A stretch of DNA of 64,000 bases, taken from assembly GCA_045612665.1 (NCBI GenBank), contig JAZKZO010000037.1, forward strand, positions 31,051-95,050. Reading direction: 5' to 3'. The notes under the pieces are model-generated. The model had not been told where the DNA came from, searched no databases, and saw only the letters and a list, made by a program, of their open reading frames with translations. The stretch comes from Eubacteriales bacterium (GTDB lineage: Bacteria > Bacillota > Clostridia > Oscillospirales > CAG-272). A program made the translations under genes and the position numbers. Positions 9,549-19,511 of this stretch are shown piece after piece; position 1 is the stretch's first letter, and each line of letters begins with the position of its first letter.

Positions 9549-10733
9549 ATGAAACAATTTGAACTCAAATATGGCTGTAACCCAAACCAAAAGCCATCTA
9601 AAATCTACATGGAAAACGGAGCAGAGCTCCCTATCGAAATTCTTTGCGGACGCCCCGGATACATCAACTTCCTTGATGCATTCAACTCATGGCAGCTCGT
9701 AAAGGAGCTTAAGGAGGCAACAGGTCTTCCTTGTGCAACCTCATTTAAGCACGTTAGCCCTACATCTGCGGCAGTAGGTATTCCACTTTCAGATAAGCTT
9801 AAGAAGGCTTGCTTTGTTGACGATGTTGAGGGACTTGATGAATCCCCACTCGCTTGTGCATATGCAAGAGCAAGAGGAACTGACAGAATGTGCTCCTTCG
9901 GTGACTGGGTTGCACTTTCCGACGTTTGCGATGCTACAACAGCACTTCTTATCAAGCGCGAAATCTCCGACGGAGTTATCGCTCCAGGCTATACCGATGA
10001 GGCTCTTGAAATTCTCAAAACAAAGAGAAAGGGCAACTACAACATCGTAAAGATTGATGCTGATTTCGTTCCAGATCCTATTGAGCGTAAGCAGGTATAT
10101 GGAATTACCTTTGAGCAAGGTAGAAACAACTTCGAAATTAATAAGGAGCTTCTTACAGATATCGTAACTGAGAACAAGGATCTCCCAGAAGAGGCTGTTC
10201 GCGACCTTATAATCGCTCTTATCACACTTAAATATACACAGTCTAACTCAGTATGCTATGCATATCAAGGACAGGCTATCGGTGTAGGCGCAGGTCAGCA
10301 GTCAAGAATTCACTGTACACGCCTTGCAGGTACAAAGGCTGATACATGGCACCTTCGTCAGCATGACAAGGTTCTCAACCTTCCTTTCCGTGATGATATT
10401 GCAAGACCTGACAGAGACAACGTTATCGACGGCTACATCAACAAGAACGAAGAGGATGTATGCGCTGATGGTAACTGGCAGAAATATTTCACATCTCAGC
10501 CTGAGCCACTTACAGATGCTGAGGCTAGAGCATACCTCGACACAATCACAGGCGTAAGCGTTGGTTCTGATGCGTTCTTCCCATTCAGCGACAACATCGA
10601 AAGAGCAAAGAAGAGTGGTGTTTCTTATATCGCAGAGCCAGGTGGATCTATTAGAGACGATCTCGTAATTGAGTGCTGTAACAAGTATGGAATGGTTATG
10701 GCGTTCACAAAGATGAGACTTTTCCACCATTAA
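9549..10733 (+). CDS. purH: AICAR formyltransferase (PurH AICARFT domain only; no MGS-like IMP cyclohydrolase domain)
   Basis: 394 aa starting at the LKYGCNPNQ segment that opens the AICARFT domain. The N-terminal roughly 200-aa IMPCH domain of bifunctional PurH is absent. Confidence 0.85.
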   Translation: MKQFELKYGCNPNQKPSKIYMENGAELPIEILCGRPGYINFLDAFNSWQLVKELKEATGLPCATSFKHVSPTSAAVGIPLSDKLKKACFVDDVEGLDESPLACAYARARGTDRMCSFGDWVALSDVCDATTALLIKREISDGVIAPGYTDEALEILKTKRKGNYNIVKIDADFVPDPIERKQVYGITFEQGRNNFEINKELLTDIVTENKDLPEEAVRDLIIALITLKYTQSNSVCYAYQGQAIGVGAGQQSRIHCTRLAGTKADTWHLRQHDKVLNLPFRDDIARPDRDNVIDGYINKNEEDVCADGNWQKYFTSQPEPLTDAEARAYLDTITGVSVGSDAFFPFSDNIERAKKSGVSYIAEPGGSIRDDLVIECCNKYGMVMAFTKMRLFHH

Positions 10734-10745
10734 TGAGGTGACTCG

Positions 10746-12017
10746 ATGAAGGTAATGGTTGTAGGTGGCGGCGGAAGAGAGCACGCCATCATAAAAAAGC
10801 TTAAGGAAAGCAAAAAGATAACTGAGCTTTATGCTTTGCCTGGCAACGGCGGAATGGCAAATGATGCTACCTGCGTTGCAATCGGTGCAAAGGATATCGA
10901 CGGTATCGTAGCTTTTGCAAAGGAAAATAAAATTGACTATGCAGTTGTAGCACCTGACGATCCACTCGTTCTTGGATGCGTAGATGCACTTAACGAAATC
11001 GGTATTCCTTGCTTTGGTCCTTCAAAGGCTGCGGCTATAATTGAAGGAAGTAAGGTTTTCTCAAAGAACCTTATGAAAAAGTACGGCATCCCTACTGCAA
11101 GCTACGATGTTTTCTCCGATGCAGAGAAAGCGCTTGAATTTATAAAGAGCGCACCTATTCCAACAGTTATTAAGGCTGACGGCTTGGCACTCGGAAAGGG
11201 CGTTGTAATCGCTTTTGATAGAGAAGAGGCCGTTGATGCAATAAAGTCCATTATGGAGGATAAGAAATTCGGCGATAGCGGTAACAATATCGTTATTGAA
11301 GAATTTTTGACAGGTCCTGAGGTTTCAGTTCTTGCATTTACTGACGGAAAAACCGTTAAGCCTATGGTTTCTTCTATGGACCATAAGAGAGCCCTTGATT
11401 TTGATAAGGGACTCAATACGGGCGGTATGGGAACAATCGCTCCTAACCCCTATTACACAGCTGAAATTGCTGATGAATGTATGGAAAAGATTTTCTTGCC
11501 TACAATCAATGCAATGAATAAAGAGGGCAGAACCTTTAAGGGATGCTTGTATTTCGGTCTTATGCTTACTCCTAACGGACCAAAGGTTATCGAATATAAC
11601 TGTCGCTTCGGAGATCCTGAAACACAGGTTGTTTTGCCACTTCTTGAAAGTGATCTCTTTGAGGTAATGCAAAGCGTTACAAACGAAACCTTGGCTGGTC
11701 AAGAGGTTAAATTCGCAGATAAGAGCGCTTGCTGTGTAATAATGGCATCAAAGGGATATCCCGAAAAGTATGAAAACGGATTTGAAATCGTAATTCCCGA
11801 AAATATTGCTGATAGCGTTTATGTTGCAGGTGCAAAGCTCTCCGAAGGAAAGCTTCTTAGCGCAGGCGGACGTGTCCTTGGTGTTACTGCTATTGCAGAT
11901 GATCTTAAGGGCGCAATCGACAATGCATATACAAAGGTTAAGACAATTAAATTTGATAATGCATTCTATAGAAGCGATATCGGACAGAGAGCACTTAAAG
12001 CAACGGAGGAAAAATAA
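10746..12017 (+). CDS. purD: Phosphoribosylamine--glycine ligase
   Basis: MKVMVVGGGGREHAI start with ATP-grasp PurD similarity throughout. Confidence 0.9.
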   Translation: MKVMVVGGGGREHAIIKKLKESKKITELYALPGNGGMANDATCVAIGAKDIDGIVAFAKENKIDYAVVAPDDPLVLGCVDALNEIGIPCFGPSKAAAIIEGSKVFSKNLMKKYGIPTASYDVFSDAEKALEFIKSAPIPTVIKADGLALGKGVVIAFDREEAVDAIKSIMEDKKFGDSGNNIVIEEFLTGPEVSVLAFTDGKTVKPMVSSMDHKRALDFDKGLNTGGMGTIAPNPYYTAEIADECMEKIFLPTINAMNKEGRTFKGCLYFGLMLTPNGPKVIEYNCRFGDPETQVVLPLLESDLFEVMQSVTNETLAGQEVKFADKSACCVIMASKGYPEKYENGFEIVIPENIADSVYVAGAKLSEGKLLSAGGRVLGVTAIADDLKGAIDNAYTKVKTIKFDNAFYRSDIGQRALKATEEK

Positions 12018-15000
12018 TGGTTTATCGTATATATGTAGAAAAGAAGCAAGGTCTTGAAAACGAGGCTAACGCTCTTTACTCAGAGATAAAAACCTTCTTG
12101 GGCATTGAGTCCATTGAAAAGGTTAGACTTTTAAATAGATATGACGTTGAAAACATATCCGAGGAGCTCTTCGAATATTCTGTAAAGACAGTTTTCTCAG
12201 AGCCACAGCTTGATAATACTTATTCAAGCATTGAAAATGACGGAGCAGTAGTGTTTGCAACTGAATATCTTCCAGGTCAATTTGACCAAAGAGCTGATTC
12301 GGCAGCACAGTGTATTCAGCTTATTTCGCAGGCTGATAAGCCAAGCGTTCAAAGCGCAAAGGTTTATATGCTTTACGGAAAGCTTTCTCAAAATGATATC
12401 GAGAGAATTAAAAAGCATGTTATCAACCCTGTTGAATCACGCGAGGCTTCTCTTGATGAAAAGGAAACTCTTAAGGCTGAGTATGAAATTCCCGCTGATG
12501 TAAAGACAATCGAGGGCTTTATTGACCTTGATAAGCAGGAACTTGCCGATTTCGTTAAATCCTATGCACTTGCTATGGATAACGACGATATCAAGTTCTG
12601 TCAGGATTATTTTAAGAGCGAGGGAAGAAATCCTACCGTTACTGAAATAAGAATGATTGATACATACTGGTCAGACCACTGCCGTCATACAACGTTCTTG
12701 ACAACAATTGATAACGTAAGCTTTGAGGATGAGCTTCTTCAAAAGACCTACGATGATTACATTGAAACAAGAAAGTATCTCGGTAGAACAAAGCCTGTAA
12801 ACCTTATGGATATCGCAACTCTTGCAGTTAGATATCTCAAAAAGGAAGGAAAGCTTGAAAAGCTTGACGAGAGTGAGGAAATCAATGCTTGTACCGTTAA
12901 AATCGACGTTGAGGTTGACGGCAAGGTTGAGCCTTGGCTCTTGCTCTTCAAAAATGAAACACATAACCACCCAACAGAGATTGAGCCATTCGGTGGCGCA
13001 GCAACCTGTATCGGTGGTGCGATAAGAGACCCATTGTCAGGTAGATCTTACGTATATGGAGCTATGCGTCTTACAGGTGCGGCTGATCCGTTAAGACCTA
13101 TTGAGCAGACAATTGAAGGTAAGCTTCCACAAAGAAAGATTGTTACAACTGCAGCTGCAGGTTATTCCTCTTACGGTAACCAAATCGGTCTTGCAACAGG
13201 CATCGTTGATGAAATTTATCACGACGGCTATGCAGCAAAGCATCTTGAGGTTGGAGCAGTAATCGCTGCAGCACCTCAAAAGAATGTACGTAGAGAAAGA
13301 CCTGAGGACGGAGACGTTGTAATTCTTCTCGGTGGTAGAACAGGACGCGACGGCTGTGGTGGAGCAACAGGCTCATCAAAATCACACACAGTAAAATCCC
13401 TTGAGCTTTGCGGTGCAGAGGTACAAAAGGGTAACGCTCCTGAGGAAAGAAAGCTTCAAAGATTGTTTAGAAACTACGATGCTTGCCGTATGATTAAGCG
13501 TTGTAATGACTTCGGTGCAGGAGGCGTATCCGTTGCTATCGGTGAGCTTGCTGACGGTCTTGAAATCAATCTTAATGCAGTTCCAAAGAAATACGACGGT
13601 CTTGATGGCACAGAGCTTGCAATAAGCGAATCTCAAGAGAGAATGGCTGTTGTAGTTGAGGCAAAGGATGTTGAGGGCTTCCTCAAGCTCGCTCATAGCG
13701 AAAACCTCGAGGCAACAGTTGTTGCAACAGTAAAGGCTGAGCCAAGACTTAGAATGCTCCATAACGGCAGAGCAATAGTAGATATTAGCCGTGAATTCCT
13801 TAACTCAAACGGTGCTGAGAAGCACATTGATATCGCTCCTGCAAAGATCGAAAGCTATGCAAAGGATATTCCTGCTGATTTCGAAAGCGGAATGAGCGCG
13901 TTGGTATCAGATCTTAACATTTGCTCAAAGCGTGGACTTAGCGAGCGCTTCGATAGCACAATCGGTGCAGGCACAGTTCTTATGCCTTTCGGCGGTAAGT
14001 ATCAAAGAACTCCTATTCAGGCAATGGTTCAGAAGATTTCCGTTGAAAAGGAGCATACAAGCGATTGCTCGTTTATGGCGTGGGGCTATAACCCATTCAT
14101 TTCTGAAAAGAGCCCATATCACGGTGCATATCTTGCAGTTATTGAATCTGTATCAAAGCTTATTGCAACAGGTGCTAAATTCGAGGATGTATATCTTACA
14201 TTCCAAGAGTATTTTGAAAAGCCACTTAAGGATCCAAAGAGATGGGGCAAGCCACTTGCAGCGCTTCTTGGTTCATTTAAGGCTCAAAAGGAGCTTGGCA
14301 TAGGCTCTATCGGTGGTAAGGACTCAATGAGTGGTTCGTTTGAAAAGCTCGATGTTCCACCAACACTTATTTCATTTGCAGTAACAACAGGTAAGACTGA
14401 CGATGTTATTTCCCCTGAATTCAAGAAGGCTGGAAATAAGGTTGTTATTCTTAAGCCTGAGTATGATGAAAATAATCTTCCTAAGACCGATTCATTGCTC
14501 GCTGTATACGATAAGGTTACGGCTTTGGCAAGAGAAGGTAAGGTTGCAAGTGCTTATACACCTACAATCGGTGGTGTGGCTGAGGCTATCTATAAGATGT
14601 CAATCGGTAATGCGCTTGGCTTCGAATTTGATAGTGCTCTTACTCTTGAGGATATATTCGGCTATAATTACGGCTCATTTATCCTTGAGCTTACAGAGGA
14701 TATCGATATCGGTATCACACTCGGTAAGGTAACAAGCGATCTTTCTATTGTATATAATGGAAAGAAGATTTGCATGTGCGCGCTTAACGACCTTTATGAA
14801 AGCAAGCTTGAGGGAGTTTATTCCTGCAATATCAAGAGCCCAACTGATAAGGTTGAAACAATTTCTTATAACGTTGATAAGAAGTTTGCATCAAATATCA
14901 AGGTTGCAAAGCCAAAGGTTCTTATCCCTGTATTCCCAGGCACTAACTGTGAGTTCGATAGCGCAAAGGCTGCCCAGGACGCAGGTGCCGAGGCTGATAT

Positions 15001-15706
15001 CTTTGTAATCAATAACCTTAGCGCTGACGATATTAAGAGAAGCGCAGAGGAATTTGTTGCAAAGCTTAAAAATTCACAAATCGTATTTATTCCTGGCGGA
15101 TTCTCCGGCGGTGACGAGCCTGACGGTTCAGGTAAATTCATTACTGCATTCTTTAGAGGAGCTGCCGTTAAGGAAGAGGTAACAAATCTTCTTGAAAAGC
15201 GTGATGGACTTATGTGCGGTATATGCAACGGCTTCCAAGCGCTTATCAAGCTCGGACTCGTTCCGTTTGGCAAAATTATTGATACCGACGAAACCTGCCC
15301 AACTCTTACATTCAACAACATTGCACGCCACCAATCCAAGATTGTAAGAACAAGAGTTGCAACAAACAACTCTCCATGGCTTGCAAATTGTAATGTTGGA
15401 GATGTTTATAATGTTCCGATTTCACATGGAGAAGGTAAGTTCTTGGCAAACGATGAAACTATTGCAAGACTTATCGCAAACGGACAAATCGCAACCCAGT
15501 ACGTTGACCTTAACGGTAACGCAACGTATGATATCGACTACAACCCTAACGGTTCATCTCTCGCAATTGAGGGAATTATCTCACCTGACGGTCGTGTAAT
15601 CGGTAAAATGGGCCACTCCGAGCGTGTTGGAAACGGTCTTTATAAGAACGTTTACGGCGATTATGACATTAAAATGTTCAAGAGTGCTGTAAAATATTTT
15701 AAATAA
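12017..15706 (+). CDS. purL: Phosphoribosylformylglycinamidine synthase, large single-chain form
   Basis: 1229 aa with a FGAM synthetase core and a C-terminal glutaminase domain (GICNGFQ, SHGEG). Confidence 0.9.
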   Translation: MVYRIYVEKKQGLENEANALYSEIKTFLGIESIEKVRLLNRYDVENISEELFEYSVKTVFSEPQLDNTYSSIENDGAVVFATEYLPGQFDQRADSAAQCIQLISQADKPSVQSAKVYMLYGKLSQNDIERIKKHVINPVESREASLDEKETLKAEYEIPADVKTIEGFIDLDKQELADFVKSYALAMDNDDIKFCQDYFKSEGRNPTVTEIRMIDTYWSDHCRHTTFLTTIDNVSFEDELLQKTYDDYIETRKYLGRTKPVNLMDIATLAVRYLKKEGKLEKLDESEEINACTVKIDVEVDGKVEPWLLLFKNETHNHPTEIEPFGGAATCIGGAIRDPLSGRSYVYGAMRLTGAADPLRPIEQTIEGKLPQRKIVTTAAAGYSSYGNQIGLATGIVDEIYHDGYAAKHLEVGAVIAAAPQKNVRRERPEDGDVVILLGGRTGRDGCGGATGSSKSHTVKSLELCGAEVQKGNAPEERKLQRLFRNYDACRMIKRCNDFGAGGVSVAIGELADGLEINLNAVPKKYDGLDGTELAISESQERMAVVVEAKDVEGFLKLAHSENLEATVVATVKAEPRLRMLHNGRAIVDISREFLNSNGAEKHIDIAPAKIESYAKDIPADFESGMSALVSDLNICSKRGLSERFDSTIGAGTVLMPFGGKYQRTPIQAMVQKISVEKEHTSDCSFMAWGYNPFISEKSPYHGAYLAVIESVSKLIATGAKFEDVYLTFQEYFEKPLKDPKRWGKPLAALLGSFKAQKELGIGSIGGKDSMSGSFEKLDVPPTLISFAVTTGKTDDVISPEFKKAGNKVVILKPEYDENNLPKTDSLLAVYDKVTALAREGKVASAYTPTIGGVAEAIYKMSIGNALGFEFDSALTLEDIFGYNYGSFILELTEDIDIGITLGKVTSDLSIVYNGKKICMCALNDLYESKLEGVYSCNIKSPTDKVETISYNVDKKFASNIKVAKPKVLIPVFPGTNCEFDSAKAAQDAGAEADIFVINNLSADDIKRSAEEFVAKLKNSQIVFIPGGFSGGDEPDGSGKFITAFFRGAAVKEEVTNLLEKRDGLMCGICNGFQALIKLGLVPFGKIIDTDETCPTLTFNNIARHQSKIVRTRVATNNSPWLANCNVGDVYNVPISHGEGKFLANDETIARLIANGQIATQYVDLNGNATYDIDYNPNGSSLAIEGIISPDGRVIGKMGHSERVGNGLYKNVYGDYDIKMFKSAVKYFK

Positions 15707-15714
15707 GCTAATTA

Positions 15715-15743
15715 GGACACCTTGACTTTTAATCAAGGTGTCC
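15715..15743 (+). terminator. Strong hairpin after purL (possible terminator or attenuator)
   Basis: 11-bp perfect stem GGACACCTTGA/TCAAGGTGTCC. It is not followed by a clear T-tract. Confidence 0.4.
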
Positions 15744-15798
15744 CGAAAAGCTACTAATTTTGCTAAAAATTTTATTAATATATTTGGAGGTTTCTATT

Positions 15799-16887
15799 AT
15801 GGAACGCGTTTACAACTTTTCAGCAGGTCCGTCTATGCTTCCTCTCGAGGTTCTCGAAAAGGCTGCTGCGGAAATGCTATGCTACAAGGACAGTGGAATG
15901 TCAGTTATGGAGATGAGCCATCGCTCACCTGTATACGAGGAGATCATCCAAGATGCAGAGAAGCTTCTCCGTAAGATTATGAACATTCCTGACAATTACA
16001 AGGTTCTTTTCCTTCAGGGTGGTGCATCAACTCAGTTTGCTGCAGTTCCTCTTAACTTGATGAACAAGAACAACAAGGCTGACTATATCGTATCAGGTCA
16101 GTTCTCAGGCAAGGCTTACAAGGAGGCTCAAAAGTACGGTGATGCAGCTTGCGTAGCTACATCTAAGGATGCTAACTTCTCATTTATTCCTGAAACTACT
16201 CGTGAGTCATTCCGTCCTGATGCAGACTATGTTCACATCTGCTTCAACAACACAATTTACGGAACAAAGTTCAACTATATTCCTGACACAGGAGATATTC
16301 CTCTTGTTGCTGATATGTCTTCTTGCATTATCAGTGAGCCTGTTGATGTAACAAAGTTCGGTATGATTTATGCAGGCGCACAAAAGAATATGGCTCCTGC
16401 TGGTCTTACAATCGTAATCATCAGAGAAGACCTTATGGGCAACGCTCGTGCTGATATTCCTACAATGCTCGACTATAAGACAATGGCTGACAACGATTCT
16501 ATGTATAACACTCCACCTTGCTACTGCATCTATGTTGCAAAGCTCGTTTACGAGTGGATTGAATCACTTGGTGGTCTTGAGAAGATGAAGGAATTGAACG
16601 AGAAGAAGGCAAAGGTTCTTTATGACTATCTCGATAGCCAGGATTACTATATCGCACCTGTAAAGAAGGAGTGCCGTTCACTTATGAACGTTACATTCGT
16701 AACAGGCGATGCAGAGCTTGATAAGAAGTTCGCATCCGAAGCAGGTAAGGCAGGACTCAAGAACCTTAAGGGTCACCGTTCAGTTGGCGGTATGAGAGCT
16801 TCTATCTACAATGCTATGCCATATGACGGCGTTGTTGCTCTCGTTGAGTTTATGAAGAAGTTCGCTTCAGAAAATCCTAAAGCATAA
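15799..16887 (+). CDS. serC: Phosphoserine aminotransferase
   Basis: MERVYNFSAGPSMLP start with SerC similarity. ATG 15799 follows a GGAGG RBS. Confidence 0.9.
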   Translation: MERVYNFSAGPSMLPLEVLEKAAAEMLCYKDSGMSVMEMSHRSPVYEEIIQDAEKLLRKIMNIPDNYKVLFLQGGASTQFAAVPLNLMNKNNKADYIVSGQFSGKAYKEAQKYGDAACVATSKDANFSFIPETTRESFRPDADYVHICFNNTIYGTKFNYIPDTGDIPLVADMSSCIISEPVDVTKFGMIYAGAQKNMAPAGLTIVIIREDLMGNARADIPTMLDYKTMADNDSMYNTPPCYCIYVAKLVYEWIESLGGLEKMKELNEKKAKVLYDYLDSQDYYIAPVKKECRSLMNVTFVTGDAELDKKFASEAGKAGLKNLKGHRSVGGMRASIYNAMPYDGVVALVEFMKKFASENPKA

Positions 16888-16901
16888 AAGAGGAAATAAA
16901 A

Positions 16902-18062
16902 ATGAAAAAGATTAAGCTTATGAATAAAATTGCAGCTGTTGGTACCGATAATTTCGACCGCGCTGTATATGAGGTATCGGATGTTCTTGAAAATCCTGAT
17001 GCTATAATGGTTCGTTCAGCTGCACTTCATGATATGGAAATGAATCCTGAGCTCAAGGCTATCGCTCGTTGTGGCGCAGGTGTTAACAACATTCCTGTTG
17101 AAAAGTGCACAGAGAAGGGCATCGTTGTATTTAACACACCTGGTGCTAATGCAAACGGTGTTAAGGAGCTCGCAATTTGCGCACTCGTTCTCGCTGCAAG
17201 AGATGTTGTTGGTGGTATCGAGTGGGTAAAATCACTTGCAGGCACTTCCGATATTGCTAAGACAGTTGAAAAGGGCAAGGGTGCTTACGTTGGTACTGAG
17301 CTTGCTGGAAAGAAGCTTGGCGTTATCGGTCTTGGAGCTATCGGTGGTATGGTTGCTAACGCAGCTAGCGCTCTTGGTATGAACGTTGTTGGTTGTGACC
17401 CATATATCACACCGGCTGCTGCTTGGAGTCTTGCTCCAACAGTTAAGCAGGCTGCTTCCTATGAGGAAATCTTTAAGAGCTGTGATTATATTTCACTTCA
17501 CGTTCCTGCAACTCCTCAAACAAAGAATATGATTAACGAAAAGTCCATCGCTATGATGAAGGACGGCGTTAGAATTATCAACCTCGCAAGAGCAGACCTC
17601 GTTTGCGCTGCTGATATGAAGAAGGCTCTCGCTGACAAGAAGGTTGCAAAGTATGTAACTGACTTCCCAACTGATGAAACAGTAGGAGTTGAGGGAATTA
17701 TTAACGTTCCTCACCTTGGTGCTTCAACAGTTGAATCCGAGGATCACTGTGCAGTTATGGCTGCTATTCAGCTTGATGAGTACCTTAAGAACGGTAACAT
17801 TAAGAATAGCGTTAACTTCCCAAATGTTGCACTCCCACACAACTCTCTTGCAAGAGTTTGCGTAATGCACAAGAACGTTCCTAACACTATCTCTCAAATC
17901 ACTGCAGCATTCGCTTCAGTAAACGTTAACATCGAAAATATGGCTAACGGCTCTAAGGGAGAGGTTGCTTATACAATCATTGAAACAAATGAGAAGGTAA
18001 GCGACGACGTTGTTAAGGCAGTTATGGCTGTTGAGAACGTTTCAAAGGTTCTTTGCTACTAA
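16902..18062 (+). CDS. serA: D-3-phosphoglycerate dehydrogenase with a C-terminal ACT domain
   Basis: 2-hydroxyacid dehydrogenase with a Rossmann motif (GVIGLGAIGG) and an ACT-like C terminus. Adjacent to serC. Confidence 0.85.
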   Translation: MKKIKLMNKIAAVGTDNFDRAVYEVSDVLENPDAIMVRSAALHDMEMNPELKAIARCGAGVNNIPVEKCTEKGIVVFNTPGANANGVKELAICALVLAARDVVGGIEWVKSLAGTSDIAKTVEKGKGAYVGTELAGKKLGVIGLGAIGGMVANAASALGMNVVGCDPYITPAAAWSLAPTVKQAASYEEIFKSCDYISLHVPATPQTKNMINEKSIAMMKDGVRIINLARADLVCAADMKKALADKKVAKYVTDFPTDETVGVEGIINVPHLGASTVESEDHCAVMAAIQLDEYLKNGNIKNSVNFPNVALPHNSLARVCVMHKNVPNTISQITAAFASVNVNIENMANGSKGEVAYTIIETNEKVSDDVVKAVMAVENVSKVLCY

Positions 18063-18075
18063 TCGGTGATTTACT

Positions 18076-19320
18076 ATGATTACAGTAAAGCCGTTTAATG
18101 CACTTAGACCAACCGTTGAGCTTGCAGATAAATGTGCAGCCCTTCCTTATGACGTTATGTCTAGCGATGAGGCAAGAGAAATGGTTAAGGGTAATCCTTA
18201 TTCCTTCTTGCATATTGATAAGGCTGAAATCGACCTTGATAAATCTATCGATATATATGACGAAAGAGTTTACGCTAAGGCAAGCGAAAACCTTAAAAAG
18301 CTTGAAAATGATGGCGTATATGTAAACGACAGCGAGAAAAAGTTCTATTTTTACCGTCAAATTATGGATGGAAGAGCCCAAACAGGTATTGTTGGATGCG
18401 CTTCTATTGATGATTATATTGAAAATAGAATTAAAAAGCACGAATTTACACGCGCTGACAAGGAAATTGACCGTATAAAGCACGTAGATATTTGTTCTGC
18501 GCACACAGGTCCTATTTTCCTTGCATATAAGGACTCTGCAACACTCGACGAGATTATTAAGGAAGAAACAGGCAAGACTCCTATCTATGATTTTGTTTCC
18601 GAGGACGGTGTAAGACACACCGTTTGGAGAGCAAGCGATAAGAGCATTGATGACAAGATAAGCATAGAATTTTCAAAGCTTGATGCACTTTATATCGCTG
18701 ATGGACACCATCGTGCAGCTTCTGCTGTTAAGGTGGGCGTAAAGCGTAGAGAAGAAAATCCAAGCTACACAGGTGATGAGGAGTTTAACTTCTTCTTGTC
18801 TGTAATTTTCCCTGCAAATACTCTCAAGATTATGGATTACAATAGACTTTTAAAGGATTTGAATGGCATGACCGCCGAGGAATTCTTGAAGGTCGTTGAG
18901 GAAAAAATCGGTACAGTAGAGGAATATAAGGGAGAAGGACCTTGTCGTCCTGCACAAAGACATTCGGTTGGAATGTTTGTTGGTGGAAAATGGTATCTTG
19001 TTAAATTCTACGATAGCATTTGTAATGCTGACACTCCTGTTGAGCGTCTTGATTGCGCTATTTTGCAAAATAATCTTTTGTCTCCTATCCTTGGAATTAA
19101 AGATCCAAGAAGCGACAAGAGAATAGATTTTGCAGGCGGAATTCGTGGACTAGACTATCTTGAAAAGAGATGCAATGAGGATATGCAAATGGCAATCGCT
19201 ATGTATCCAACATCCCTTGACGAGCTTATGTCAGTTGCCGATTCTGGCGCAGTAATGCCTCCTAAATCTACATGGTTTGAGCCTAAGCTTCGCAGTGGAA
19301 TTCTTATCCATAAAATATAA
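18076..19320 (+). CDS. DUF1015 family protein (function unknown)
   Basis: 414 aa with the typical N terminus (VKPFNALRP...ALPYDV) and the IADGHHR motif of DUF1015. It is the last gene of the ser cluster. Confidence 0.8.
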   Translation: MITVKPFNALRPTVELADKCAALPYDVMSSDEAREMVKGNPYSFLHIDKAEIDLDKSIDIYDERVYAKASENLKKLENDGVYVNDSEKKFYFYRQIMDGRAQTGIVGCASIDDYIENRIKKHEFTRADKEIDRIKHVDICSAHTGPIFLAYKDSATLDEIIKEETGKTPIYDFVSEDGVRHTVWRASDKSIDDKISIEFSKLDALYIADGHHRAASAVKVGVKRREENPSYTGDEEFNFFLSVIFPANTLKIMDYNRLLKDLNGMTAEEFLKVVEEKIGTVEEYKGEGPCRPAQRHSVGMFVGGKWYLVKFYDSICNADTPVERLDCAILQNNLLSPILGIKDPRSDKRIDFAGGIRGLDYLEKRCNEDMQMAIAMYPTSLDELMSVADSGAVMPPKSTWFEPKLRSGILIHKI

Positions 19321-19321
19321 T

Positions 19322-19347
19322 AAAAAGCACCCTTTTGGGTGCTTTTT
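19322..19347 (+). terminator. Rho-independent terminator after the DUF1015 gene
   Basis: AAAAAGCACCC-TTTT-GGGTGCTTTTT. Confidence 0.7.
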
Positions 19348-19374
19348 AAAATTTTAAAATTCATAAATTCTAAA

Positions 19375-19415
19375 ATCAAAAAACGGCTTGAAATCCTTTT
19401 GTCAAGCCGTTTTTT
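19375..19415. terminator. Bidirectional terminator hairpin
   Basis: Stem CGGCTTGA/TCAAGCCG flanked by an A-run and a T-run. It lies immediately 3' of the tRNA gene on the minus strand. Confidence 0.7.
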
Positions 19416-19500
19416 GGTGCAGATGATGAGACTCGAACTCACAAGAACTAGGTTCATTGGCTTCTGAGACCAACGCGTATACCAATTCCGCCACATCTGC
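19415..19500 (-). tRNA. tRNA-Leu (anticodon CAG), CCA encoded
   Basis: The reverse complement folds as a cloverleaf: acceptor GCAGAUG/CAUCUGC, anticodon stem UUGGU/GCCAA with loop CUCAGAA, a long variable arm, T-loop UUCGAGU, and 3' ACCA. Confidence 0.9.
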
Positions 19501-19511
19501 GTATTATCGGC

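Noticed and set aside
19415-19500. tRNA-Leu as a possible integration hotspot for a mobile element.
   Set aside because: There is no integrase, no direct repeat of the tRNA 3' end and no foreign-looking genes nearby. The flanks are ordinary genes and terminators.
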